Source: Lachnospiraceae bacterium (GTDB lineage: Bacteria; Bacillota; Clostridia; Lachnospirales; Lachnospiraceae). Taken from it: 64,000 nucleotides of DNA. The position numbers and the translations under genes were made by a program. Positions 10,426-21,752 of the stretch are shown here, one piece after another. Every line of letters starts with the position of its first letter. Positions within the stretch are counted from its first letter, which is position 1. The stretch lies in the NCBI GenBank assembly GCA_024683645.1, contig JAIKYA010000090.1, positions 530 through 64,529 on the forward strand. The letters run 5' to 3'. Under the pieces are notes generated by a model. That model saw nothing but the letters and a program-made list of their open reading frames with translations, ran no database searches and was not told the DNA's origin.

Positions 10426-11493
10426 TCAGCCGAAAAATGCGTCTATCTGATCCTTCATGAGCTCTGCAGCATCACCGCCTTCGTGGTAGAGCTTATACCA
10501 CCCTGCGGTCTTTCTCACGGCCTCCTCTATGTTCCATACCGGTGAGATGTCGAAGGTCTTCTTCAGCTTCGAATTGTCAAGTTTTAAATACGATGCCTCA
10601 TGCGGCGCTCCGGGCTCGGAAACATCCCTTATCGCGGCGCCCTCTCCCCATTCGGCCGCAAACAGCTCAGCTATCTTTCCCGCGGTTATGGCATCAGTCT
10701 CATCCGGTCCCACGTTGTACCAGCCCTGCAGGGCGGCGTTCATATCCTGCGCCATCACTATCCAGAGATAGGCAAAAAGCGGTTCCAGCACATGCTGAAA
10801 AGGCCTGGTGCTTGACGGATTCCGCAGGAGTACTTCTTTTCCCGCAGCAAACGCCCTGTAACAGTCGGGCACTATACGGTCCTTTGCAAAATCGCCCCCG
10901 CCTATGACATTGCCGGCTCTGGCCGTAGACAGTTTAACTCTTCCGTCGTTTTTAAAAAATGAATTGTAATATGAATGTGTCACCAGTTCCGAGCATGATT
11001 TTGAATTCGAATAGGGATCGAAACCGTCCAGCATCTCTTCTTCCTTAAATGCGTGATCCGCCAGCTCCGGATTGTAATAAACCTTATCGGTCGTCACATT
11101 GAGCACGCTCGTCTGCCGGCCCGAAAGCCTCACGCACTCAAGCAGATTTACCGTACCCATCACGTTTATCTCATAGGTATCCCTGGGGAGCTCGTATCCC
11201 GTCCGTACTATCGGCTGCGCCGCGAGATGCAGCACCGCCGAAGCTCCCGCCGCGTCATAAGCGTGCTTAAGGTTCTCCATATCCCTTATGTCACCGAAGG
11301 TGCTGACCACGCCGTCCGAAACACCCGGTATATCAAACAGTGACTCTCCCTCAGGTTTCAGCGCATATCCGTATACTTCGGCTCCCAGTTCTTTTAAGAG
11401 CACGCAGAGCCAGGAACCCTTGAAGCCCGTATGTCCCGTTACGAATACTCTCTTTCCCCTGTAATATTTTTTCAGTCTTTCAAACTTATCCAT
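10426..11493 (-). CDS. rfbG: CDP-glucose 4,6-dehydratase
   Basis: VTGHTGFKGSWL, TTDKVY, DPYSNSK, ARAGNVIGGGD. Confidence 0.93.
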   Translation of the reverse strand: MDKFERLKKYYRGKRVFVTGHTGFKGSWLCVLLKELGAEVYGYALKPEGESLFDIPGVSDGVVSTFGDIRDMENLKHAYDAAGASAVLHLAAQPIVRTGYELPRDTYEINVMGTVNLLECVRLSGRQTSVLNVTTDKVYYNPELADHAFKEEEMLDGFDPYSNSKSCSELVTHSYYNSFFKNDGRVKLSTARAGNVIGGGDFAKDRIVPDCYRAFAAGKEVLLRNPSSTRPFQHVLEPLFAYLWIVMAQDMNAALQGWYNVGPDETDAITAGKIAELFAAEWGEGAAIRDVSEPGAPHEASYLKLDNSKLKKTFDISPVWNIEEAVRKTAGWYKLYHEGGDAAELMKDQIDAFFG

Positions 11494-12841
11494 TTACACC
11501 CCTCACTATCTGTTCGGCAATATATTCAAGTTTATCCTCGGTCATGCCCGGGTATACGCCTACCCAGAAAGAATCACGCATGATCCTGTCCGTATTCTTC
11601 AGTTCACCGAGGACCCTGTATGCAGCCGCATCGTTTCTCAGAGAATCAAAGCAGGGATGCTTGGTGAGATTACCCGCAAAGAGCATTCTGGTCTGTATCC
11701 CGCGGCTCTCGAGATAAGGCACCAGCCTGTTTCTCTCGCATCCCTCTCCGCAGGTCATCATGTATCCGAACCACGAAGGCTCCGAATCCGGCTGTTTTTC
11801 CGGAAGTATCAGTCTGTTTTCCTTACCCCCAAGTCCTTCCCTCAAACGTGCGTCCAGATATGCAAAATGCGCTCTCCGCTTTTCGGTAAAAGAGGGAAGC
11901 TTGTCAAGCTGCGCACAGCCGACGGCCGCCTGCATATCCGTAACCTTCAGATTATAGCCGAAATGCGAGTACACGTATTTGTGATCATAGCCTTCCGGCA
12001 GCTCTCCGTACTGTCCGTCGAAACGGTGTCCGCAGAGATTGTCCTGTCCCGGTGCACATATGCAGTCCCTGCCCCAGTCGCGCAGTGATCTTACTATCCG
12101 GTTAAGCAGCGGATCATCCGTATAAACCGCACCTCCCTCACCCATGGTCATATGGTGAGGCGGATAAAAGCTTGAAGTTCCTATATCTCCCACCGAGCCG
12201 GTCTTCTTAAGCTCTCCGTTCAGCCGAAACTCCGAACCCAGCGCATCGCAGTTGTCCTCTATCAGCCACAGCCCGTACTCGTCGCAGAACTCTCTCACTG
12301 CCTTCAGATCAAAAGGATTTCCCAGTGTATGGGCGAGCATCACGGCTCTCGTTCTGCTGCTCAGAGCCTCTTCAAGTTTGTCGACATCTATGTTGTACTG
12401 GGGGATCTTTACATCCACGAATACAGGAACCGCTCCGTACTGTATGATCGGTGCTACCGTCGTGGGAAAGCCCGCAGCAACGGTGATCACCTCGTCTCCG
12501 CGTTTTACGGCCCTCTCTCCCAGAAGCGGCGAAGTCAGCGCCATGAACGCAAGCAGGTTCGCGGACGAACCGGAATTCACCAGTGAGCAGAACCTCACGC
12601 CTATGTATTCCGCCAGCCTCCCTTCAAACTCCTTTGTATAACGGCCGCCGGTCAGCCAGAATTCCAGCGAAGAATCCACCAGATTCTTCATTTCACTCTC
12701 ATCGTACACCCTTGAGGCATAAGGGATACGGTCGCCCTCCTTATAGGCCGTATTCTGCTTCGGTGCATGAAACTGCTTATAGTAATCCCCGACCAGCCCG
12801 AGTATCTCTTTTTTTGCTTCTTCTTCGTTATTCCAGATCAT
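11486..12841 (-). CDS. rfbH: CDP-4-keto-6-deoxy-D-glucose 3-dehydrase (RfbH/DdhC)
   Basis: NSGSSANLLA, AHTLGNPF, EDNCDALG, SFYPPHHMTMGEGG (His in place of the PLP Lys), RDWGRDC. Confidence 0.93.
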   Translation of the reverse strand: MIWNNEEEAKKEILGLVGDYYKQFHAPKQNTAYKEGDRIPYASRVYDESEMKNLVDSSLEFWLTGGRYTKEFEGRLAEYIGVRFCSLVNSGSSANLLAFMALTSPLLGERAVKRGDEVITVAAGFPTTVAPIIQYGAVPVFVDVKIPQYNIDVDKLEEALSSRTRAVMLAHTLGNPFDLKAVREFCDEYGLWLIEDNCDALGSEFRLNGELKKTGSVGDIGTSSFYPPHHMTMGEGGAVYTDDPLLNRIVRSLRDWGRDCICAPGQDNLCGHRFDGQYGELPEGYDHKYVYSHFGYNLKVTDMQAAVGCAQLDKLPSFTEKRRAHFAYLDARLREGLGGKENRLILPEKQPDSEPSWFGYMMTCGEGCERNRLVPYLESRGIQTRMLFAGNLTKHPCFDSLRNDAAAYRVLGELKNTDRIMRDSFWVGVYPGMTEDKLEYIAEQIVRGVNG

Positions 12842-12919
12842 GATCCCCTCCGGTTAAGTGCATATTCAAACATAACTGACAGTATATCATATTTTACCAA
12901 AGTATGATATAGTATCCCC

Positions 12920-13837
12920 ATGGAAAAGAAAAAGGAAAAAATCGTGATAACGGGAGCGACCAGCTTTATCGGGCTGGCACTGATCAGACAGATACTGAAG
13001 GAAGGCGGAGAAGCGCTTGCGCTCATCCGTCCCTCGTCTTCAAGGAAAAAGCTGATAGATAAAGCCGCCGTGCTCATCGAATGCCCTCTTGGTTCCATGT
13101 CTCATGACAGCGGACTTATGGAAGCTGCCGCGGACTGTGATATCTTTATACATCTGGGCTGGTCTGCTGATTTTGAAAACGCCCGCTATAATCCCGAAGG
13201 TCAGAAGCAGAATATAGCTTACGAACTGGACGCCGTGGAAACGGCATTGAGGCTTAAAGCAAAACGTTTCCTGGCTCCCGGCTCCCAGGCTGAAGTCGGT
13301 GTCGTAGACGAACCCATAAATGAATTCACAAAAGAAAATCCCCTGAATGCCTATGCGGAAGCCAAATGCGAAGCACATCGCGCCGCTTTCGATCTGGCCT
13401 CTTCGGAAGGCCTGCCCTTTTACTGGCCGAGGATCTTAAGCGGCTATGGTCCCCATGACAGGGAAAAGACTCTTATCAGCAGCTGCATACGCGCCGTGAA
13501 GGAAAAAAACGTCATAGATTTAAGCGGCTGTGAACAGATCTGGGATTATGTCCATGTTTACGATCTCGCAAATGCACTTCTTTCCGTGGCCAGATACGGC
13601 AGGGAAAATACCCCCTATCCCATTGCCTCGGGAGAAGGACATATCATGCGCGGATATATCGAAACCATCGCCCGTCTGGGCGACCATCCCGCTCTTTTGG
13701 AAGGCATCGGCCGCCGCCCTTATGCCGCAAAGGAACCCATGTACCTTGTCGGCGATATCTCCGGCTTAAAAAAAGACACGGGCTATTCGCCCGCGGTATC
13801 CTTTGAAGATGGTATACGTCAGCTCCTGACTCTCTGA
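12920..13837 (+). CDS. NAD-dependent epimerase/dehydratase
   Basis: TGATSFIG, GSQAE, YAEAK (YxxxK), WDYVHVYD. Confidence 0.88.
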   Translation: MEKKKEKIVITGATSFIGLALIRQILKEGGEALALIRPSSSRKKLIDKAAVLIECPLGSMSHDSGLMEAAADCDIFIHLGWSADFENARYNPEGQKQNIAYELDAVETALRLKAKRFLAPGSQAEVGVVDEPINEFTKENPLNAYAEAKCEAHRAAFDLASSEGLPFYWPRILSGYGPHDREKTLISSCIRAVKEKNVIDLSGCEQIWDYVHVYDLANALLSVARYGRENTPYPIASGEGHIMRGYIETIARLGDHPALLEGIGRRPYAAKEPMYLVGDISGLKKDTGYSPAVSFEDGIRQLLTL

Positions 13838-13894
13838 TACTGTCGTTTTAACCGCCTGTGCACCCGTGTCATTCCGGGAGTCTCTGTCTACTTA

Positions 13895-14872
13895 TCATTC
13901 CGGACTCGGCGGCGTATCCTCCTCCTCATCAAAATTCAGTCTTTTTTCTTCTATGACCAGCGGCCTGTGCATCAGCCTCTTGTTCATGCTAAGCACATAC
14001 TCACCCAGCAGTCCTATAAAGAACAGGGTTACAGCATTGAAGAAGAACATGCCTATGATGAGCGGTGCCATACCTGCTTTAAAGGTATTCCAGTGCAGCA
14101 GCTTATATATAAAATACACTAAAGCTACGATAAGCGAAGCTCCTGAGACAAAGAAGCCGAAGAAGGTCGCCAGCCTCAGTCCCACCTTAGTATACGAAGT
14201 AAAGGACAGCATGGCTGCATCATAAAGCGTATAGAAATTATTATGTGTAACACCCGCAGCGCGTTTCTGCTGCTCATAGGGTATCTCTTTTCTGTCAAAA
14301 CCGAGCTCTGCGACTATACCCCGAAGGAACGGAATGGGATCATTCAGATTTCTCAGTACTTCTATGAATGACTTATCATACAGACCGAAACCCGTAAAAT
14401 GCTCGATCTGCTCCACCTCACTCATCTTCTTGATCATCTTGTAGTAGATGGTACGGAGTAAACGCATTATCGGATTTTCCTTACTGGTTGTTTTGATAGC
14501 GGAAACTATCTTGAAACCTTTTTCCCACTCGGCTACCAGCTTCGGCAGCATATCCACGGGATCCTGGAAATCCGCACACATGGATATCGTGCAGTCTCCG
14601 GTAGTCTGGCACATGCCGTAATAAGGCGAATTGAACTGTCCGAAATTCTTGGCATTGAGTATCGCCTTTATTTTCTTATTTTCATTACATATCTCGTAAA
14701 GATACTCTCTTGTCCTGTCCGTGGAATTGTTGTCGATAAAGACTATCTCGTAATCATACTTCGACAGGTCTTTTTTCAGCACCTCTTCAACAGCCGTGCA
14801 GATCGGCTTCACATTCTCTTCTTCGTTATAACAGGGTATCAGTACCGAGATTTTCTTCTTTTCGTTTTCCAT
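13895..14872 (-). CDS. GT2 glycosyltransferase, GtrB/polyprenyl-phosphate type
   Basis: IPCYNEEEN, IDNNSTD, NFG, ADFQDP, two C-terminal TMs, IGLLGEYV. Confidence 0.88.
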   Translation of the reverse strand: MENEKKKISVLIPCYNEEENVKPICTAVEEVLKKDLSKYDYEIVFIDNNSTDRTREYLYEICNENKKIKAILNAKNFGQFNSPYYGMCQTTGDCTISMCADFQDPVDMLPKLVAEWEKGFKIVSAIKTTSKENPIMRLLRTIYYKMIKKMSEVEQIEHFTGFGLYDKSFIEVLRNLNDPIPFLRGIVAELGFDRKEIPYEQQKRAAGVTHNNFYTLYDAAMLSFTSYTKVGLRLATFFGFFVSGASLIVALVYFIYKLLHWNTFKAGMAPLIIGMFFFNAVTLFFIGLLGEYVLSMNKRLMHRPLVIEEKRLNFDEEEDTPPSPE

Positions 14873-15008
14873 GCACTAAACTATATCACAGCCCCCGCCA
14901 TTTTACAACCGCTTGTGTTTTTCGCTTCTCTCCGTTACAATACATAGTGTTGCCGTCAAGGTCTGACGGCCGTGACAGCAACGGCTTTTGCCATTTGAGC
15001 CCGCTATA

Positions 15009-15105
15009 GCCCATCCGCGCGATTACACGGACACTGCGGACCGGCGGACGCCCATCCGTGCATATGGGAACGCGACGGATCGACGTACGCCCATCCGTGC
15101 ATATG
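15009..15105. repeat. Degenerate ~39-bp tandem repeat
   Basis: GCCCATCCG at 15009, 15050, 15089; ACGCCCATCCGTGCATATG identical at 15048 and 15087. Confidence 0.7.
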
Positions 15106-15302
15106 TATCCGTCTCCGGACCCGCTCCCGCTTGGGTTCAGCTCGCAGCGGGCGCTACATTCGCACTGCGCCTGACGGCTTGTGCTCATTTAGCGCCGGCG
15201 GCTTCACACAGTCCGGATGCCGGATACATTATGCCGGATGGGCTGACATTTGTGATAACAGCATACTTTTATGATATTTAAACAGTAAGATGGAGACTGA
15301 CC

Positions 15303-16637
15303 GTGAGAAGAAAATTAGTATATTGCTTTATATTATTCATACTCTGCGCCTGCACAAAGAGCGATGCTCAGGTTCCCAATGCAGCTGAAAGCGAAACTGC
15401 GGAAGAGATCGCAGCAAGTCCGACTATCGCTCCCGAAGAGCCTGAAGAAGTGGTAGTCCTTGATATGCCGGGCTTTGAAGCCGGTCCCGAAGAGGCTGCG
15501 TCAGAGGAATTCACGATAGCATCAGCCGAACCGGTGCATGTGGACGGCATCGACGTCACCGACGAAATGCTGAAAATATCGGTGATGAGAGAAGGCAATA
15601 CGGAGAGGATAAAGAACGTGATGCGCCGCGCCGCAAAAGGCGAAGTCATCACCCTCGGCTATCTCGGAGGTTCGATAACGGCAGGATCAAATGCCGATCC
15701 CATGGAAACCTCCTGTTATGCTTATCTTACGACGGAATGGTGGAAGCAGACTTTCCCGAAAGCTGATATACGGTACGGAAACGCCGGCATCGGTGCCACC
15801 GATTCCTATATAGGAGTACACCGCGTCGACGATGATCTGCTCTGGGCAAAGCCGGACCTTATAGTTGTTGAATTCTCGGTGAACGATTCGATACCGCTTA
15901 ATCAGGAGAGCTACGATTCGCTGCTCCTGCATCTGCTGAAACAGGAGAATGCCCCCGCAGTCGTCCCCCTTATCATCTGCTCGGACGATCACTGTTTCGT
16001 CGAACAGCACCTGCCCGTCATAGAGTCCTATGACCTGCCGGCCATAAGCTACTATTCTCTTGTATTCGGCGGTTTTGTAAGCTGGGAGAGCGTCGGCCAC
16101 CCCGACAGGATACACCCGATAAATCCGGGACATCAGCTGATAGCACATATACTTACGAACTATTATTCACAGGTTCTGGCTTCGATATCCGAAGAGGGTC
16201 CGGAATATGTGATACCGGATGAACATATGACCGCTGCACGTTTTGAAAATTCAGATATACTCTATAACGATGATATAGAACCGTCCTCAAATGAAGGCTT
16301 TGAAAATGCCGATCCGGAAAACCCCATACTCCACGGCAGCGGCTGGGTAACGCATGAAGCCGGGAGCATATGCTTTGAAGCTGATTGCCGTACACTGGGC
16401 ATAGCTTACCTCGAATATAAAACAGCCCCCGAAGGAGGCTGTGCCGTAATGGATGTCTATGTTGACGATGAGCTTGTGGCAACACTTGATCCCATGAAGG
16501 GTAAAGCACTCCGTCTTGTATATGAAAACTGTCTGCTCACTGATGAGGCCTCTCACCACGTGATACGTCTTAAGCCCTCGGCAGAAAGCAAAAACGGTAA
16601 GGTCTTTGAACTCGTAGGCCTTACCGTTGGTTATTAA
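15303..16637 (+). CDS. SGNH/GDSL hydrolase, putative lipoprotein
   Basis: [26 protein letters not shown]; signal peptide with LCAC and acidic linker. Confidence 0.82.
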   Translation: MRRKLVYCFILFILCACTKSDAQVPNAAESETAEEIAASPTIAPEEPEEVVVLDMPGFEAGPEEAASEEFTIASAEPVHVDGIDVTDEMLKISVMREGNTERIKNVMRRAAKGEVITLGYLGGSITAGSNADPMETSCYAYLTTEWWKQTFPKADIRYGNAGIGATDSYIGVHRVDDDLLWAKPDLIVVEFSVNDSIPLNQESYDSLLLHLLKQENAPAVVPLIICSDDHCFVEQHLPVIESYDLPAISYYSLVFGGFVSWESVGHPDRIHPINPGHQLIAHILTNYYSQVLASISEEGPEYVIPDEHMTAARFENSDILYNDDIEPSSNEGFENADPENPILHGSGWVTHEAGSICFEADCRTLGIAYLEYKTAPEGGCAVMDVYVDDELVATLDPMKGKALRLVYENCLLTDEASHHVIRLKPSAESKNGKVFELVGLTVGY

Positions 16638-17806
16638 AAGAATTTCTTACGTTTGGATTTTTTAGTTCCTTCATCGGCACCACTATGACCAGCCTTGAAC
16701 TTCTCTGCGGCATGCAGGCTGTCCCCGGTTTCGGCATCGTACTGCTTCAGCAGTTCTTTTGCCTTTATGCTGAGCTTGTCCGGCGTCTGTACGATCAGCG
16801 TCACATAGTGGTCTCCTCTGTTTCTCGCATCACGCAGCGACGGTACGCCTTTGCCTTTCAGTCTTACTCTGGTATCCGTCTGTGTTCCGGGCTTTACCTC
16901 ATATATCACGGGGCCGTCTACGGTCTCTATGACCACGTCGCCTCCGAGGGCCGCTATAGCAAAGCTGATGGGTACGGTTGAGAAGATATTCTGATCCTCT
17001 CTCTGGAATATCGGATGAGGGCTTACCACAGCCTCTACCAGCACATCGCCTCTGGGCCCGCCGTTGGATCCCGGTTCACCCAGACCGCTCATACGCTTGA
17101 ACTGGCCGTTATCCACACCTGCAGGGAATTCCACCGCATATTTCTTTCTCATGGAAACATAGCCCGTACCGCGGCAGTCCGGACACTTGTCCTTTATTAT
17201 CTTTCCCGAACCGCCGCAATCAGGACAGTTCTGGACATTTCTTATCACACCGAACATGGACTGCTGCGTATAGACCACCTGTCCTTTTCCGCCGCACTTG
17301 GAACAGGTCTCGGCACTGCTGCCGGGCTTTACCCCGCTTCCCTTACAGGTAGAACACTCTTCCTTTACGTTCAGTTCCACTTCCTTGGTACAGCCGAAAA
17401 CCGCTTCTTCAAAAGTCATGCGTACACTCGTCCGCAGGTTTGCACCCTTCGTGGGCCCGTTACCCCTGCCGCCTCTGGATCTGCCGCCTCCGAAGAAATC
17501 GCCGAATATATCACCGAATATATCCGAGAAATCCATGCTTCCGAAATCAAAGCCGCCAAAGCCGCCGTTTCCGCCGTTCTCAAATGCTGCATGTCCGAAC
17601 TGGTCATACTGCTTTCTTTTTTCCGCATCGGAAAGTACGGCATATGCCTCTGATGCCTCTTTGAACTTGGCTTCGGCTTCCTTATCACCGGGGTTCATAT
17701 CCGGATGGTATTTTTTAGCCAGCTTCCTGTATGCTGCTTTTATAGCGGATTCATCGGCAGTCTTTTCTACGCCGAGCACCTCATAATAATCTCTTTTATC
17801 AGCCAT
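16634..17806 (-). CDS. dnaJ: Chaperone DnaJ
   Basis: J domain HPD, G/F region, four CxxCxGxG repeats. Confidence 0.98.
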   Translation of the reverse strand: MADKRDYYEVLGVEKTADESAIKAAYRKLAKKYHPDMNPGDKEAEAKFKEASEAYAVLSDAEKRKQYDQFGHAAFENGGNGGFGGFDFGSMDFSDIFGDIFGDFFGGGRSRGGRGNGPTKGANLRTSVRMTFEEAVFGCTKEVELNVKEECSTCKGSGVKPGSSAETCSKCGGKGQVVYTQQSMFGVIRNVQNCPDCGGSGKIIKDKCPDCRGTGYVSMRKKYAVEFPAGVDNGQFKRMSGLGEPGSNGGPRGDVLVEAVVSPHPIFQREDQNIFSTVPISFAIAALGGDVVIETVDGPVIYEVKPGTQTDTRVRLKGKGVPSLRDARNRGDHYVTLIVQTPDKLSIKAKELLKQYDAETGDSLHAAEKFKAGHSGADEGTKKSKRKKFF

Positions 17807-17831
17807 GTCTTTTCACTCTCTCCAAACGCAA

Positions 17832-17860
17832 CACATGAGGCATGTATAATGCCCCATGTG
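17832..17860 (-). terminator. Intergenic stem-loop between dnaK and dnaJ (stabiliser or partial terminator)
   Basis: CACATG-A-GGCAT-N5-ATGCC-C-CATGTG; no strong U tract. Confidence 0.45.
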
Positions 17861-17886
17861 CAATGCCAATATTTTTACAAAGATCC

Positions 17887-19827
<1,941 letters not shown>

Positions 19828-19867
19828 TTATCTGACCTGACGCCGCTAAGTTCAGGCTTCGGCTTCA

Positions 19868-20509
19868 CTAGTTAGCCACCTTTACCATGCTGTGTCTCAC
19901 GACGTTTTCGCGGTAGGTATATCCCTTCTGAAGCTCTTCTACTACCATGTTCTCACCGGCTTCTTCGTCTTCCACGTGCATCACTGCGTTGTGGAAGTTC
20001 GGATCGAATTCACATCCGACGGCTTCGATGGGTTTTACCTCCAGCTTTTCCAGCTCATCCATCAGCTGCCTGTATATTTTTTCCATTCCCTCGGCAAAAG
20101 CTGTCTTTTCCTCGCCTTCGGGTATGGCTGCCAGTCCTCTTTCAAAATTATCGACTATGGGGAGGAGCTTTTCTATCACGCTCTTCGCTCCGGTCTCGAA
20201 CATTGCCTGTTTTTCTTTTTCGCTCCTTCTGCGGAAGTTATCAAACTCGGCCATCTGACGCATCACTTTGTCATTGAGCTCGTCGAGCTTTTCCTGCATC
20301 TTGTCTTTCTTTCCGCCTTTTGCGTCATCTTCGGAAGCTTCTTCCTCCTCCGCTTCCTCTGAAGCATCCCCGGCCGTTTCTTCCTCTTTAGCTTCTTCCT
20401 TAACTTCCTCTTCGGAAGATTCTTCTTTTTCTTCCGCGGCTTTCTCTTTTTTCTCTTCTTCCTTCAGCTTTTCCTTTTCAAGCTCTTTTTCCTTTTTCCC
20501 TTCAGCCAT
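19868..20509 (-). CDS. grpE: Nucleotide exchange factor GrpE
   Basis: AEFDNFRRR, FDPNFHNAV, QKGY..R..MVKV; start at MAEGKK. Confidence 0.97.
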   Translation of the reverse strand: MAEGKKEKELEKEKLKEEEKKEKAAEEKEESSEEEVKEEAKEEETAGDASEEAEEEEASEDDAKGGKKDKMQEKLDELNDKVMRQMAEFDNFRRRSEKEKQAMFETGAKSVIEKLLPIVDNFERGLAAIPEGEEKTAFAEGMEKIYRQLMDELEKLEVKPIEAVGCEFDPNFHNAVMHVEDEEAGENMVVEELQKGYTYRENVVRHSMVKVAN

Positions 20510-21557
20510 CTGAATCAGCTTCCTTTCTCCTGTTGTATATTCTTTCAAGCTCGTCCTTCATGGTCTTTAAGCTGGCTACAACTTTCTCGTAATCCATACG
20601 CTTCGGACCTATGATCGCTATGCTTCCTCTCATTCCCTCTTCCAGTTCATATGTAGCCGTGACCACACTGCAATCCTTCATGGCCTTGATAGGCGACTCT
20701 TCACCGATATAAACCTGTATGCCCGTATTCTGTTCATCTGCGAGATTCTCGGTTGCAAGCTTTGCCAGCGCTTTCTTTTCCTCAAATGTACCGATCAGCT
20801 CGCTGGCCTTCTCATTATCTGCCAGTTCCGGATATTTAAAGAAGTTGTTTGCTCCGCTGGTATATATCTCCAGATCTTCCTCGCCCTTTATAGCCTGGGC
20901 CACTGCATCCATCACTGTAGCTATTATGTCACTGTGTATGCCTGCCTGCTCCTTAAGTGCGGTTATCATACCGAGGTTTATCTCATCTATAGACAGCCCT
21001 GTCAGGTGCGTGTTCAACAATATGTTAAGCTTCAGGAGCGCTTCGTCGCTTAACGGCTCATCAACCGATATCATCTCATTCCGGATCACATTTCCTTCCA
21101 CAACGATGACCGCAAGTATCTGATTATCATCCACTCTCGAAAGCTGTAAAAACTTCAGCTTGTTGCCCCTTATCTGCGGAGCCGACACGACAGTTGCATA
21201 ATTGGTGTTGTTGGCAAGTACCTTTGCTACATTCTTAAGTACCTTGTCTACCTTGTTCTCGGCCTCGATGAGCATTTCCTTCAGCTCACCGATCTCGCGG
21301 TCCTTCTCCTCCATCATGCTGTCGACATAGAGGCGGTAAGCCTGATCGGTAGGGATACGTCCTGCAGAAGTATGAGGCTGCACTATAAAGCCCAGTTCCT
21401 CCAGATCCGACATCTCATTCCTTATGGTCGCAGAGCTTAAATTCAGATCCGTATATTTGGAAATAGTCCTGCTGCCTACGGGCTCGCCGGTCTCAAGGTA
21501 ATTCCTTATGACCGCCTGCAGTATCTTCTTTTTTCTGTCATCAAGTTCAACTGCCAT
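20502..21557 (-). CDS. hrcA: Heat-inducible repressor HrcA
   Basis: EPVGS, SSATIRNEM, PHTSAGRIP, IIGPKRMDY; start at MAVELDDRK after a GGGAG SD. Confidence 0.97.
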   Translation of the reverse strand: MAVELDDRKKKILQAVIRNYLETGEPVGSRTISKYTDLNLSSATIRNEMSDLEELGFIVQPHTSAGRIPTDQAYRLYVDSMMEEKDREIGELKEMLIEAENKVDKVLKNVAKVLANNTNYATVVSAPQIRGNKLKFLQLSRVDDNQILAVIVVEGNVIRNEMISVDEPLSDEALLKLNILLNTHLTGLSIDEINLGMITALKEQAGIHSDIIATVMDAVAQAIKGEEDLEIYTSGANNFFKYPELADNEKASELIGTFEEKKALAKLATENLADEQNTGIQVYIGEESPIKAMKDCSVVTATYELEEGMRGSIAIIGPKRMDYEKVVASLKTMKDELERIYNRRKEADSDG

Positions 21558-21574
21558 TTGCTCTCCCTCGTTTG

Positions 21575-21601
21575 TTAGCACTCGATCAACAGGAGTGCTA
21601 A
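21575..21601. promoter_or_regulatory. CIRCE operator
   Basis: TTAGCACTC-N9-GAGTGCTAA exact consensus upstream of hrcA. Confidence 0.98.
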
Positions 21602-21612
21602 CATCTTTAATT

Positions 21613-21641
21613 AAAATAGCACTCCTCCCTCCGAATGTCAA
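21613..21641 (-). promoter_or_regulatory. Sigma-A promoter of hrcA operon
   Basis: TTGACA-N17-TATTTT with extended -10 TG. Confidence 0.7.
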
Positions 21642-21658
21642 CATCTTATACAAAAAAA

Positions 21659-21715
21659 TTTTGAGGACAGGGGGACGTTCCTTTTGAGGACAGGGGGACG
21701 TTCCTTTTGTCCTCA
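21659..21715. repeat. REP-like palindromic element with 23-bp tandem duplication
   Basis: TTTTGAGGACAGGGGGACGTTCC x2, then TTTTGTCCTCA; related copy at 36457. Confidence 0.75.
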
Positions 21716-21752
21716 CTTTTATGATCGAGGACGGCAGAACCGTCCGCTATTC

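Noticed and set aside
9126-10460. Long antisense ORFs (also 35276-36355, 41479-42531, 17842-18672)
   Set aside because: Shadow frames of well-supported genes on the opposite strand or in an overlapping frame, with no recognisable motifs
15009-15105. Mini-CRISPR
   Set aside because: Only two exact 19-bp repeats, and the 'spacers' are similar to each other
21558-21716. Extended HrcA N-terminus
   Set aside because: It spans the CIRCE, promoter and REP-like repeat; an SD supports the start at 21557
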